Notes: generated from the letters alone by a model not told the origin. 64,000 nucleotides of DNA from an uncultured Chloroflexia bacterium (GCA_963828165.1 CAWHDR010000001.1:480001-544000), one strand, 5' to 3'; positions 29,266 through 38,848 are shown, counted from the stretch's first letter. Program-made: numbers and translations.

Positions 29266-30446
29266 GTGCGCCCGCGGCGGACGTGGTCGTCGTCGGGGCG
29301 GGCACGATGGGCGCCTGGACCGCGCTCCGCTCTCGCCGGGCAGGCTGGAGCACGACGCTCATCGATGCCTTCGGGGCCGGGCATCCGCGCTCCACCTCCG
29401 GCGACGAGACCCGGATCCTGCGCGCAGCGCATGGGGCCGACACGTTCTACACGCGCTGGTCGCGCGAGGCTCGAACGGCGTGGCAGGCATTCGAGGCGGA
29501 GGTCGGCGAGCGCTTCTACGTCGAGTCGGGGATGCTCTGGTTCGCCCATCGAGAGGACGGGTTCGAGGCCCACTCGATCGCGGCGCTGACCTCGCTCGGC
29601 ATCCCCGTGCGACGGCTGTCGCCGACCGACCTTGCCGACGGCTGGCCGCAGATCTCGGCCGATGACCTCGCCTTCGCCGCGTACGAGCCGGAGGCAGGCC
29701 TCCTCCTGGCACGGAACGGGGTGGCCGCCGTGGCCCGGACGTTCGCCGGGGACGGGGGGCGCTTCGAGCTCGCGTGGGTGGTCCCGGGTGCCACGGACGG
29801 CCGTCGTCTCCTCGACGTCGTCGCCGGCGACGGCTCCCGCTACCCGGGGGGCACGTTCGTGTTCGCGGCCGGGCCCTGGCTGCCGCGGCTCTTTCCCGAC
29901 GTCGCGGGCGAGCTCATCCGGGTGACCAAACAGGACGTGATGTTCTTCGGCCCGCCGGCGGGTGACGGCCGGTTCAACGCCGAGTGGCTCCCTTGCTGGG
30001 TCGACTACGACACCGCGACCTACGGCCTGCCGGCCGTCTCCGGTCGAGGCATGAAGCTGGCGCCCGATCGCTACGGCCCGGTCTTCGACCCGACGAACGG
30101 CGAGCGACAGGTCGATCCGGAATCGGTCCGGCTGGCGCGTCGATACATGGCGCGGCGGTTCCCGGCGATGGCCGGAGCGCCGGTCGTGGAGACTCGGGTC
30201 TGCCAGTACGAAACGACGCCCGACACCGACTTCGTGATCGATCGCCATCCCGCGTTCGACAACGTCTGGTTGGTCGGCGGTGGCTCCGGCCACGGGTTCA
30301 AGCACGGTCCGGTCATCGGGAGTTATGTGGTGTCACGCATCGCCGGGGCGCCGGCCGGAGACGATGAGGAGCGCTTCTCGATCACGCGAGTCCGTGAGTT
30401 CCGCCAGAACCTGCGAACCGGAGCCGACGCCGCGCGGGACGACTAG
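29262..30446 (+). CDS. FAD-dependent oxidoreductase (monomeric sarcosine/pipecolate oxidase-like)
   Basis: VVGAGTMG, TSGDETRILR, CQYETTPD, SGHGFKHGP. Confidence 0.9.
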   Translation: MSAPAADVVVVGAGTMGAWTALRSRRAGWSTTLIDAFGAGHPRSTSGDETRILRAAHGADTFYTRWSREARTAWQAFEAEVGERFYVESGMLWFAHREDGFEAHSIAALTSLGIPVRRLSPTDLADGWPQISADDLAFAAYEPEAGLLLARNGVAAVARTFAGDGGRFELAWVVPGATDGRRLLDVVAGDGSRYPGGTFVFAAGPWLPRLFPDVAGELIRVTKQDVMFFGPPAGDGRFNAEWLPCWVDYDTATYGLPAVSGRGMKLAPDRYGPVFDPTNGERQVDPESVRLARRYMARRFPAMAGAPVVETRVCQYETTPDTDFVIDRHPAFDNVWLVGGGSGHGFKHGPVIGSYVVSRIAGAPAGDDEERFSITRVREFRQNLRTGADAARDD

Positions 30447-31000
30447 AGCGTCGACGGCCCGGTGAAGTCCTTGCGCAGGTTCATCGAGAACGGCGAGCGG
30501 ATCGACGCTTCGGGGAACAGGACCGCGTCCTCACCGGGCTCGGTGATCCACTCGACCAGGTGGCGGTTGACGATGAGGGTGCCGACGTCGCGAGCGACGA
30601 CCGAGCCCGCCATGTTGAAGGCCATCGTCACGCCGGTGAACGGGATCATCGGCTCGCGCTGGAGGACGTTGCGCATCGGGTCCTGGCCGCGCGGGACGTG
30701 GAGCCGGCCGAGGATGACGTACGGCCCGATCGACAGCTGCATCCGGGCTTCCTGGAGCTCGACGCGTTGCTTCTCGTTCCCGCGTGGCCCGGTGCCCACG
30801 ACCGCCAGCAGGTCGTCGCGCACGATGCTGACCGAGTCCTGCGCGACCGCGTGGCCGTCATCGAGGCTGTGGAATTCGACCTTGTGCAGCCGGAAGCGCT
30901 CCTGGCCGTTGAGGAAGTCGGTCAGCCGCTCACCGAACATCGTGATCCTGCCGGTGATCGTGCAGTCACCGGCGAAGCCCTCGAACTCGACACCTTGCAT
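30443..31000 (-). CDS. Hypothetical protein (apparent internal duplication)
   Basis: Good codon usage; two similar halves (ITGRI..ERLTDFLN / ILGRLH..DPMRNVL). Confidence 0.7.
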   Translation of the reverse strand: MQGVEFEGFAGDCTITGRITMFGERLTDFLNGQERFRLHKVEFHSLDDGHAVAQDSVSIVRDDLLAVVGTGPRGNEKQRVELQEARMQLSIGPYVILGRLHVPRGQDPMRNVLQREPMIPFTGVTMAFNMAGSVVARDVGTLIVNRHLVEWITEPGEDAVLFPEASIRSPFSMNLRKDFTGPSTL

Positions 31001-31081
31001 GCCCCGACGGTACGTCTCTCGAGCCGCGGCCCGCCACGGCACGTTGGTACCGGTACCGGCTAACCCACGCGGACGACCCCG

Positions 31082-31420
31082 CTACGACTCGCTGATCTCC
31101 AGTGGGCCGTCCGGGACTTCGATCAGGATGCGGCCGTCGTCGATCACCACGGGATAGACGGCCAGCGGCTCCTCGGCCGGTGGGTCGAGCGGCTCCCCGT
31201 TGACGAGGTCGAAGCGGGACAGGTGGAGCGCGCAGGTCAGCGTGCCGTTGGTCAGGAAGCCCTTGTCGAGCTCGAAGTACTCGTGCGAGCAGACCCCCTG
31301 GACGGCCGTGACCTCGCCGCCGATGTTGATCACCAGGACCTGGTCGGTGCCATCCACCCAGGCCATCTTCATCTCGCCGTCGGCGACCTCGTCGACGCCC
31401 AGCAGGTCGATGCGTCTCAT
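31082..31420 (-). CDS. Rieske [2Fe-2S] ferredoxin
   Basis: CSH..CALHLSRFD motif. Confidence 0.92.
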   Translation of the reverse strand: MRRIDLLGVDEVADGEMKMAWVDGTDQVLVINIGGEVTAVQGVCSHEYFELDKGFLTNGTLTCALHLSRFDLVNGEPLDPPAEEPLAVYPVVIDDGRILIEVPDGPLEISES

Positions 31421-31475
31421 CGCGAGCCGCGGATGCGCGCGCGACCGAGCCAGCGCGAGCGACGTTGTGGAGGCA

Positions 31476-32837
31476 TCAGGCGGCGGCCACACCGGTCGCG
31501 CCATCCGTGCCGGAGGCCCACTTGGCTTCCAGCAGCTCGCGCAACCGATCGCGGGCTGACGCGAGCGGGACCCTGGCGACGACCGGCTCGAGGAACCCGA
31601 GCACGATGAACTTGCGCGCCTCGTCCGGCGGGATGCCGCGCGACTCCAGGTAGAACAGCTGCAGCTCGTCGACCGGGCCGACCGAGCTCGAGTGCATCGC
31701 GCGGCGGCAGTCGGGCTGGTCGATCTCGAGCGACGGGATCGCGACGGACCGGGCGGACTTCGAGAGGTTCATGCCGAACTCGCCGAGGAAGCTGTCGGTG
31801 CCGACTGCGCTCTTCTCGATCGTGATGAGACCCTTGAGGTAGGCCCGGGCGCTCTCGAGCAGGGCCGCCTTCGACAGCAGGTCGCCGGTCGTGTCGCGGC
31901 CGATATGCGTGGTGAATGAGGTCAGGTCGAACAGCTGCTCGTCGGCCCCGAACACGATCTCGACCTGCTCGACCGAGCTTCGGTCGCCGACCAGCCGGTT
32001 CTCGACACGGCTGCGCACGAGGCGCCCACCGAGCTGGGCGAGGGCCCACTGCAGCGTGGCGCCTTCTCCGATCGAGGCGAGCCGATGCTGGAACGCGACG
32101 GTGTCGTCGCCAAGCTCCTGCAGGCTCGCGAACTGGAGCGATGCGCCGGCTTCCAGCGTGGCCTCGGTCGTGCCGGCGAAGAATGCCTGGCCGGCGGAGG
32201 TTGTCGCGCCGTCCGATGCGACGAGCTCCTCCACGATCGATGCCTCGGCCTTCTCGCCGAGACGAATGAGGCTCCGGGTCACGAGCGCCCGGTCCGGCGC
32301 TCCGACCGCCCAGCGCACGACGATGGGCCGCTCGAGCCGGACGCCGGCGGGGACATCGACGAGCACGCCTTGCGACCAGAGCGCTCGGGTGAGCTGGGCG
32401 AATTTGTCGGTCGAGGGGACGGACGGGCCGCCATCGAGCAGGTCACGGACGACATCCACGTCGTCGAGCAGGGAGCGAACCACGACGCCGCCGGCCTCGG
32501 CCGCGTCCGACAGGGCGACGGCGACGACCCGGCCCTCGTCGAACTCGATCAGGCCGTCGGCGTCGTCCGGGAGCGCGCCCGCACGACGTTCCGTGCCGTG
32601 GTCGGTCGCGAACTCGGCCGCCTCGAGGCGTGCCGCGCGCAGGTCGATGTAGGGCGTGTACAGCAGGTTGGACTCGCCGGGGAGCGCCGACCACGCTTCG
32701 TAGGCGGCGCGTCGATCCGCGGCCAGCCAATCGGGCGACGTGGCGAGGACCGCGTCGAGGGCGCCCTCATCGACCGGCAACGAGAGCTCATCGAGGGCCC
32801 GACGCGCCGGCCTCGGTCGTGAGGCCGGGGCCGTCAT
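31476..32837 (-). CDS. sufD: Fe-S assembly protein SufD
   Basis: Beta-helix SufBD domain, PSLEI..HSSSVG..LFYLESRGI; overlaps the sufB stop. Confidence 0.9.
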   Translation of the reverse strand: MTAPASRPRPARRALDELSLPVDEGALDAVLATSPDWLAADRRAAYEAWSALPGESNLLYTPYIDLRAARLEAAEFATDHGTERRAGALPDDADGLIEFDEGRVVAVALSDAAEAGGVVVRSLLDDVDVVRDLLDGGPSVPSTDKFAQLTRALWSQGVLVDVPAGVRLERPIVVRWAVGAPDRALVTRSLIRLGEKAEASIVEELVASDGATTSAGQAFFAGTTEATLEAGASLQFASLQELGDDTVAFQHRLASIGEGATLQWALAQLGGRLVRSRVENRLVGDRSSVEQVEIVFGADEQLFDLTSFTTHIGRDTTGDLLSKAALLESARAYLKGLITIEKSAVGTDSFLGEFGMNLSKSARSVAIPSLEIDQPDCRRAMHSSSVGPVDELQLFYLESRGIPPDEARKFIVLGFLEPVVARVPLASARDRLRELLEAKWASGTDGATGVAAA

Positions 32838-34237
32838 CCGAGCGACCCCTCCATCTCGAGCTTCACGAGGCGGTTGAACTCGATGGCGTATTCCATGGGC
32901 AGTTCCTTGGTGAACACCTCGAGGAAGCCCTGGACGATCAGGTTGGTCGCCTCGTTCTCCGTCAGCCCGCGGGCCATCAGGTAGAAGACCTGGTCGGCCG
33001 AGACCTTCCCGACAGTCGCCTCGTGGCTCATCGTCGTGTCGTCTTCCTGGATGTCGATGTACGGGTACGTGTCGCTGCGGCTCTGGTCGTCGAGCATCAG
33101 GGCGTCGCAACGGACGCTGGCCACGACATTGGTGGCACCCGGTGCGACCTTGAGGTGGCCGCGATAGGTCGCGCGGCCACCGTCCTTGGAGACCGACTTG
33201 CTGACGATCCGCGATCGCGTGTTCGGGGCGAGGTGGATGGCCTTGGCGCCGGTGTCCTGGTGCTGCCCCTTGCCGGCGACCGCGACCGAGATGATGTCGG
33301 CGGTCGCGCCCTCACCGCGCAGGTAGATGGCCGGGAACTTCACGGTCTTGCGAGACCCGGTGTTCGCGTCGATCCACTCGACCGTCGAGTTCTCATGCGC
33401 GTGGGCGCGCTTGGTCACCAGGTTGTACACGTCATTCGACCAGTTCTGGATGGTCGTGTAGCGGACCTTTGAGCCGGGCAGGGCCACGACTTCGACGACG
33501 GCGGCGTGGAGCGAGTCCGTGGCGTAGATGGGCGCCGTGCAGCCCTCGATGTAGTGGACCTTGGCACCCTCGTCGACGACGATCAGCGTGCGCTCGAACT
33601 GGCCGGTGTTCTCGCCGTTGATGCGGAAGTAGGCCTGCAGCGGGAGCGGGACCTCGACGCCCTTGGGGACGTAGACGAACGAGCCACCCGACCACACGGC
33701 ACTGTTGAGCGCCGCGAACTTGTTGTCCTCCGGCGGGACGATCGTGCCGAAGTACTTCTTGAAGATCTCGGGGTACTCGATGAGCGCCTGGTCGGTGCCC
33801 ATGAACACGACGCCGATCTTGGTCAGCTCCTCGCGAACGCTGTGGTACACGACCTCGGAGTCGTACTGCGCACCGACGCCGGCCAGGAACTTGCGCTCCG
33901 CCTCCGGGATGCCGAGCTTCTCGAACGTCGCCTTGATCTGCTCGGGGACGTCGTCCCACGACTTCTCTTCGCGCTCGGACGGCTTGCGGTAGTAGACGAT
34001 CTTGTCGAAGTCGATCTTGTCGAGGCCGTCGGTCCACGTCGGCATCGGGCGCTTCAGGAAGTGCTCGTAGGCTCGCAGGCGGAACTGGAGCATCCAGTCC
34101 GGCTCGCCCTTGAACCCGCTGATCTCTTCGACGGTGGCGCGGGTCAGCCCACGCTTCGTCTCGCGCAGGTACGCGATGTCGTCGTGGAAGGCGAACTGGT
34201 CACGCTGGTCGGTGACGATCTCGCGGGTTGCGGTCAT
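32834..34237 (-). CDS. sufB: Fe-S assembly protein SufB
   Basis: LGIPEAERKFLAGV, GQFERTLI, YIEGCTAP, HEATVGKV, ELPMEYA. Confidence 0.97.
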   Translation of the reverse strand: MTATREIVTDQRDQFAFHDDIAYLRETKRGLTRATVEEISGFKGEPDWMLQFRLRAYEHFLKRPMPTWTDGLDKIDFDKIVYYRKPSEREEKSWDDVPEQIKATFEKLGIPEAERKFLAGVGAQYDSEVVYHSVREELTKIGVVFMGTDQALIEYPEIFKKYFGTIVPPEDNKFAALNSAVWSGGSFVYVPKGVEVPLPLQAYFRINGENTGQFERTLIVVDEGAKVHYIEGCTAPIYATDSLHAAVVEVVALPGSKVRYTTIQNWSNDVYNLVTKRAHAHENSTVEWIDANTGSRKTVKFPAIYLRGEGATADIISVAVAGKGQHQDTGAKAIHLAPNTRSRIVSKSVSKDGGRATYRGHLKVAPGATNVVASVRCDALMLDDQSRSDTYPYIDIQEDDTTMSHEATVGKVSADQVFYLMARGLTENEATNLIVQGFLEVFTKELPMEYAIEFNRLVKLEMEGSLG

Positions 34238-34302
34238 TCGTTCCTCGGTCCTCGTCGGGGGCGGCGCGACGGGCGCCGCAGGACGGCATCTTCGGCCGTT
34301 CA

Positions 34303-34331
34303 GTAATTCCGACCTAGATTATCGGGATTAC
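34303..34331. promoter_or_regulatory. Probable Rrf2-family operator upstream of sufB
   Basis: AT-rich inverted repeat GTAATTCCGA-N9-TCGGGATTAC (1 mismatch) in very GC-rich DNA. Confidence 0.6.
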
Positions 34332-34436
34332 CGCTCGGACCGTCAACGTGACCTTCCGGGATGGCGAGTCCGGCCCGTGTCAGAGCGCGCGGGCACCGAC
34401 CTGGCACTCGTCGGCGGCTACATGGCCTGACATCGA

Positions 34437-34465
34437 GGCACCGCCCCGGAGGCCGGGGCGGTGTC
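34437..34465 (-). terminator. Hairpin after the 34502-35131 gene
   Basis: GGCACCGCCCCGG-AGG-CCGGGGCGGTGTC stem. Confidence 0.5.
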
Positions 34466-34501
34466 GGTGAGTGACGATCGGGAGAGGGAGCGAGATGTGG
34501 A

Positions 34502-35131
34502 TCAGGTGCGGGCCGGCTCGTCGCTGGTGCTGTCGCTCGTCCGCTTGCCATTCGTCTTGCCGAAGCCATCGGGGGTATCGCTCGGTGGCTCCGCGAACGG
34601 GCTGTCGGTGTCGCTCGTCGCGTCGGCGTAGATGGAGGGCTGAACGGGCACGGGGACCGCGGCGTCGAAGGCGTGCGGCTCGTCCTCCCATTCGGCGCGT
34701 CGGGCCGCCATCTTCTCCCGCAGCTGCTGGGCGGCCAGCTGGAGGCGGGCCTTGATGCTCGGCGAGTTGGCGAGCGCCCAGCCGACGAGACCGATCGTAA
34801 TGGCTCCGGCGATCACGAACGGCAGGCGTGACGGCCGCTTCACGAGGCCGGCATCCTGGGCCGCGGACCGCGCGTTCTTGGCCATGTACTTGCCCGCGTC
34901 TCGAAGGTCCTTCCGCGCGTCACGGATCTCCTTGCCGATATCGATGTTCGGCACCTCGATCTTGGAAAGGTCCATACGCGGCACCTCGATCTCGCGGCGG
35001 AACTCGTTGATGTCCTTGCGGACCTCGCTCAGCTCCTTGCGCGTCTCGCCAAGGGCCTTGGCGATGTCGTCACGGGACATCTCGGGGAGCTTCAGCTCAG
35101 GGAGCCGCTCTCTCAGGTGAAGATCAGGCAT
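34502..35131 (-). CDS. Hypothetical protein, charged/coiled N-terminus and one TM helix
   Basis: GGAGG RBS, GC-typical codons, TM segment LPFVIAGAITIGLVGWAL. Confidence 0.7.
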   Translation of the reverse strand: MPDLHLRERLPELKLPEMSRDDIAKALGETRKELSEVRKDINEFRREIEVPRMDLSKIEVPNIDIGKEIRDARKDLRDAGKYMAKNARSAAQDAGLVKRPSRLPFVIAGAITIGLVGWALANSPSIKARLQLAAQQLREKMAARRAEWEDEPHAFDAAVPVPVQPSIYADATSDTDSPFAEPPSDTPDGFGKTNGKRTSDSTSDEPART

Positions 35132-35248
35132 CGCTCGCCCTCCTGCTCTGGGGTGTGGAGGGTCAGCCTACGCCAGGCTGCGTTTCGACCCCGCGCGCCG
35201 CCATCGGTCTCGGGTTGCGTCCGCGTGACGGCTCACCCCCGGACAGGA

Positions 35249-35281
35249 ACGAGCCCCTCGCGCCTGCCGCGAGGGGCTCGT
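35249..35281 (-). terminator. Hairpin after the CAP-domain gene
   Basis: 14-bp stem ACGAGCCCCTCGCG / CGCGAGGGGCTCGT. Confidence 0.65.
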
Positions 35282-35301
35282 GATGCGATCGGAGCGGATG
35301 G

Positions 35302-36111
35302 TCAGGTCTTGATCGTGGTCGTCTTCCACGCGCCCCAGTTGCCGGCCCGGTCGCGCGAGCGGACGCGGACGTCGTAGGTGCTGTTGCGACGCCAGATCCT
35401 GGTCATGGAGGTCTTGGTCGTCACTGGGTAGCTGCTCCACGCGCTGCCGTTGATCGAGCGCTGGACCTGGTAGTAGCGGAACCCGGAAGTCAGGACCTGG
35501 AGCCGGATATCGCTGCCCGACCACTTGACCCAGACGCGGACGTCCGTGCTGCTGAGATTTCGCTTCGCCGTGCCGACGATCCTGCTCCAGGCGCCCGTGC
35601 GATCCGGGCCCTTCAGGTAGACGCCGGCCCAATAGCGCTTGCCCGAGTCCGAGATCGCCAGTCCGAAGCCCACGTAGTTGTAGCCCTTCGACATGACGAT
35701 CGCCCTGTGGCCCGGTGAGCCCATCCAGCCCTGCACCGCGAATGACGCCGAATAGTCGAGGGCGGCCGCGGTGTTCCAGGCGATGATCTCGCCGGCTCCA
35801 TACCACTTGATGCCTGCATCGGCGATCAGGTCGAAGACGTCGGTGCCGCCGGACTGGGTATGGCTGAATCGGCCGGTCCTGGCCATGTAGGCCGCGCGAT
35901 CCCCGGCCAGCTCGGCGAGCCGGGTGTCCCAGCGAAGCGCCACGAGGCCGGCACTGGCCCGGCGGCGGTTCGTCAGTTTCAGGACGGACTGCTCGGCGGC
36001 CGAGATCTGGGCGTCGGTGGGCTCGCCCGCGGCCGCGGTGGCGGGCGCGAGGCCGATGACGAGGAGGAAGGCGAGTGCCAGTGGACTGAAGCGGCGGGCA
36101 GGTGATCGCAT
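35302..36111 (-). CDS. Secreted CAP (SCP)-domain protein with Fn3-like C-terminus
   Basis: Signal peptide; TNRRR..FSH..GEII..WMGSPGHRA; YDVRVRSRDRAGNWG. Confidence 0.88.
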   Translation of the reverse strand: MRSPARRFSPLALAFLLVIGLAPATAAAGEPTDAQISAAEQSVLKLTNRRRASAGLVALRWDTRLAELAGDRAAYMARTGRFSHTQSGGTDVFDLIADAGIKWYGAGEIIAWNTAAALDYSASFAVQGWMGSPGHRAIVMSKGYNYVGFGLAISDSGKRYWAGVYLKGPDRTGAWSRIVGTAKRNLSSTDVRVWVKWSGSDIRLQVLTSGFRYYQVQRSINGSAWSSYPVTTKTSMTRIWRRNSTYDVRVRSRDRAGNWGAWKTTTIKT

Positions 36112-36331
36112 GCCCCGACTGTCGCTGCCAGCCCCGCCGGCCGATACGGGCCGGATGTTCCAGAGGTGCGGGGAGGATGGTCATGGTCCGGACCGCACCC
36201 CTTCGGTACCGACTGCCCCCGACCGCCACGCTCCCCTCCACTCACCTCCGGCCGGACCGCGCCCCGGGTCGGCCCGGCCGACGATGTGGGACGATGACGA
36301 CATCCGAACCACTCGCAAACGAGGAGTCGCC

Positions 36332-36775
36332 ATGTCCGCCATCCGTCGCGCCGAGGTCGTGTGGTCCGGCGATCTGAACTCCGGCAGTGGCACGGTCAGC
36401 GCCATGTCGAGCGGCGCCTTCGAATCGCTCCCGGTCAGCTGGGGCGCACGAACCGAGTCACCCGAGGGCAAGACCAGCCCTGAGGAGCTGGTCGCTGCCG
36501 CGCACGCTTCCTGTTTTGCGATGGCCTTCTCCGGCGCCCTGGGCCGAGCCGGGACACCGCCGGATCGGCTGGACGTATCCGCAGAGGTGACCTTCGACAA
36601 GCTGGAGGCTGGCTGGCGCGTCGTGTCGAGCGCGCTGACCGTGCGCGGCGTAGTCCCGGGCATGTCGTCCGAGGACTTCATCGCCGCCGCCGAGGCGTCC
36701 AAGGACGGCTGTCCGATCAGCCAGGCGCTCAAGGGCAACGTCGAGCTGAGCGTGGACGCCACCCTCGAGGGCTGA
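36332..36775 (+). CDS. osmC: OsmC-family peroxiredoxin
   Basis: TSPEELVAAAHASCFAM..GCPISQAL; GAGGAG RBS. Confidence 0.92.
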   Translation: MSAIRRAEVVWSGDLNSGSGTVSAMSSGAFESLPVSWGARTESPEGKTSPEELVAAAHASCFAMAFSGALGRAGTPPDRLDVSAEVTFDKLEAGWRVVSSALTVRGVVPGMSSEDFIAAAEASKDGCPISQALKGNVELSVDATLEG

Positions 36776-36802
36776 CCGCCGGTCGTCCATCCGCCGGTAG
36801 AA

Positions 36803-36862
36803 GTGGTGGACCGCGCGATGTTTGCGGCCAAGGCCGGCGGTCGCAACCAGGTCCGCCTCGCG
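36803..36862 (+). pseudogene. Remnant of a GGDEF-domain C-terminus
   Basis: VDRAMFAAKAGGRNQVR resembles the GGDEF terminal motif ADxAMYxAKxxGRNxV; no upstream coding sequence. Confidence 0.6.
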
Positions 36863-36934
36863 ACCGGCCCTCACGGCATAGGCAGCTCCGAACGCGCATC
36901 GGTCAGGGGATGGAGCCCGCCGGTCGCCGCACCC

Positions 36935-37080
36935 GTGCACGGCCTGCTCCTATCAGCGAACGAACCATCGGAATCGAGCGCGAAACCCCGAAACCAACCT
37001 CTCATCCCGCGTGGGATGCGCCTCATGCACCAACGACGGCTTGGCAAGCCTCCGATCGACGATAAGAGCACCGGGTGCAT
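36935..37080. repeat. 146-bp palindromic intergenic element (copy 1)
   Basis: TIRs GTGCAC-N10-TATCAGCGAACG / CGATCGACGATA-N10-GTGCAT; related to 56191-56338. Confidence 0.65.
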
Positions 37081-37109
37081 GCGCCGCGATGGCCGGCCCG
37101 CACGGGGCG

Positions 37110-38048
37110 TCACCCGACCGTGAGCAGGCGCCGCGGGTTGGCGACGGTCATCGTCTCGATCTCCACCTCGCTGACACCCGCCTCGCGAAGCGTTGGCAGG
37201 AACGAGCGCGCGAGGTACGTGTAGCCATTGCCCTCGTACCGGGACAGCTGCGAGTCGTGGCACACGTCCTGGGAGAGGAGGATCCGGTCCACGTGGCCAC
37301 GCGACAGCAGCTCGCGGAGGAGGTCCACGGCCCGGCTCTCACCGTGACGCTCTGCCGGCGTGAAGGACATCCCGAGGAAGTCGAATTCGACGCTGGCGCC
37401 GCGCCCGACGATGGCCAGGTGGTGGTCGAGATGGGGGTACGAGTCGGCGTGGCCGATGACGACCCGAGTGGGATCCGCACCCTCCTCCTCGAAGATCCGG
37501 AGCTGGTCCAGTCCGACCGGCGACAGCACGGCATGGGTCGTGATCGCCAGGCCGGTCTGGCGGGCGGCCCGGGCCGCCGCGCGATGGACGCGTTCTTCCT
37601 GGGCCGACAGCCACGGCTTGTCCGTGCCGATCTCGCCGATGATCCCGGGACGGACGTCCGAGTCGCCGACACCGGTTGCCGCCTCGCCGACGATCTCGTC
37701 AGCGAGGTCGTCGACCGACCGCCGGTCGATCTGGGCCTCAGCCGGGTAGTACGCCCCGCGATACCAGCCGCAGCCCATGACGATGTGCAGCCCGCTGGCG
37801 CGGGCGAGGGCCGCCAGCCAGGCCGGGTCCCGGCCGACGCCCGGAAGGGTCAGGTCAACGAGCCCGCTGCCGCCAGCGGCCCGGTAGGCCGCGAGCTCCT
37901 CGAGGATCAGCGGCTCGTCGCGCGTGAGCTGCCAGTAATCCCAGCGATCGGGGATCTGCCACAGGGCGATCTGGGTGTGCTCGTGGGGGAGCGTGAACCC
38001 GAGCTCGCCGGGTTCGATGGGACCGAGGACCGTCTGGACGTGGGCCAT
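37110..38048 (-). CDS. Phosphotriesterase-related (PHP/PLL) amidohydrolase
   Basis: TLPHEH, GRDP, GEIG, ITTH, IGHAD, LLSQD metal-ligand motifs. Confidence 0.92.
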   Translation of the reverse strand: MAHVQTVLGPIEPGELGFTLPHEHTQIALWQIPDRWDYWQLTRDEPLILEELAAYRAAGGSGLVDLTLPGVGRDPAWLAALARASGLHIVMGCGWYRGAYYPAEAQIDRRSVDDLADEIVGEAATGVGDSDVRPGIIGEIGTDKPWLSAQEERVHRAAARAARQTGLAITTHAVLSPVGLDQLRIFEEEGADPTRVVIGHADSYPHLDHHLAIVGRGASVEFDFLGMSFTPAERHGESRAVDLLRELLSRGHVDRILLSQDVCHDSQLSRYEGNGYTYLARSFLPTLREAGVSEVEIETMTVANPRRLLTVG

Positions 38049-38059
38049 GGCCCGCGATG

Positions 38060-38701
38060 CTACGCCGTCGCGACGGCCGGTTGCTCGACCCGGGCGGCGG
38101 CGAGGAGGACGTCGAGGATGGCGCGGGCGCGGCGCACGGCCTCCTCGGGCCGGTAGGCCTCGCCCGCCTCGATGCGCTGGAGCAGCTGGCCGTCCAGCAA
38201 CCCGAGGAAGCCCCGGGCGAAGCCATCGACATCCAGCCAGGCCGGGAGCTCCCCTCGCGCGACGCCCTCGTGCAGCAGCATCAAAGCGGCCCCCACGAGC
38301 TGCTCCCGGCGCCGGGCGAGCATCTCGCGGACCTCGGGCTCGTCGGGCGCCTCGGCCCAGGCTCGCACCAGCCCGACCTGCCCCGGCGCACCCTCGAACT
38401 GGTCGATCGTCTCGACGTAATAGGCGGCGGCCGCCGTGAGCTTGTCCGCGGTCGAGGTCAATGGGGCGAGGCGGATGGCGAGCTCATCGAGGCCCTGCCC
38501 GGAGAGCAGGTCGCAGCTGTGGAGGAAGAGCGCGTCCTTACCCTTGAAGTGCGTGTAGATCGCCCCGACCGAGAGGCCGGACCGCTGGACGACGTCCGCG
38601 ATGGTGGCGCGGTGATAGCCCTTTTCCGCGAACACCTCGACGGCGGCGCGGATGATCCGCTCGCGGACCTGCTGTTCATGTGCGGCGGAGATGCGAGGCA
38701 C
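38060..38701 (-). CDS. TetR/AcrR family regulator
   Basis: IIRAAVEVFAEKGYHRATIADV..SVGAIYTHFKGKDALF. Confidence 0.92.
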   Translation of the reverse strand: MPRISAAHEQQVRERIIRAAVEVFAEKGYHRATIADVVQRSGLSVGAIYTHFKGKDALFLHSCDLLSGQGLDELAIRLAPLTSTADKLTAAAAYYVETIDQFEGAPGQVGLVRAWAEAPDEPEVREMLARRREQLVGAALMLLHEGVARGELPAWLDVDGFARGFLGLLDGQLLQRIEAGEAYRPEEAVRRARAILDVLLAAARVEQPAVATA

Positions 38702-38761
38702 GGCTGGATGGCTCCTGAGGAATGGGCGCTCCCTCGACTCTATCGCAAGCGTACGCACGAA

Positions 38762-38805
38762 TCAACCTTTTCTGGTTGACAAGGGGAATATCCATTCTCT
38801 ATGGT
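38762..38805 (+). promoter_or_regulatory. MMPL promoter with overlapping inverted repeats (probable TetR operator)
   Basis: TTGACA (38776)-18 nt-TATGGT (38800); TCAACC-N6-GGTTGA overlaps the -35 box; GAAT-N4-ATTC in the spacer. Confidence 0.65.
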
Positions 38806-38848
38806 TTCCGAGTTCGACTCGCCCGCTCGACCTTGGAGACGCGCCACC

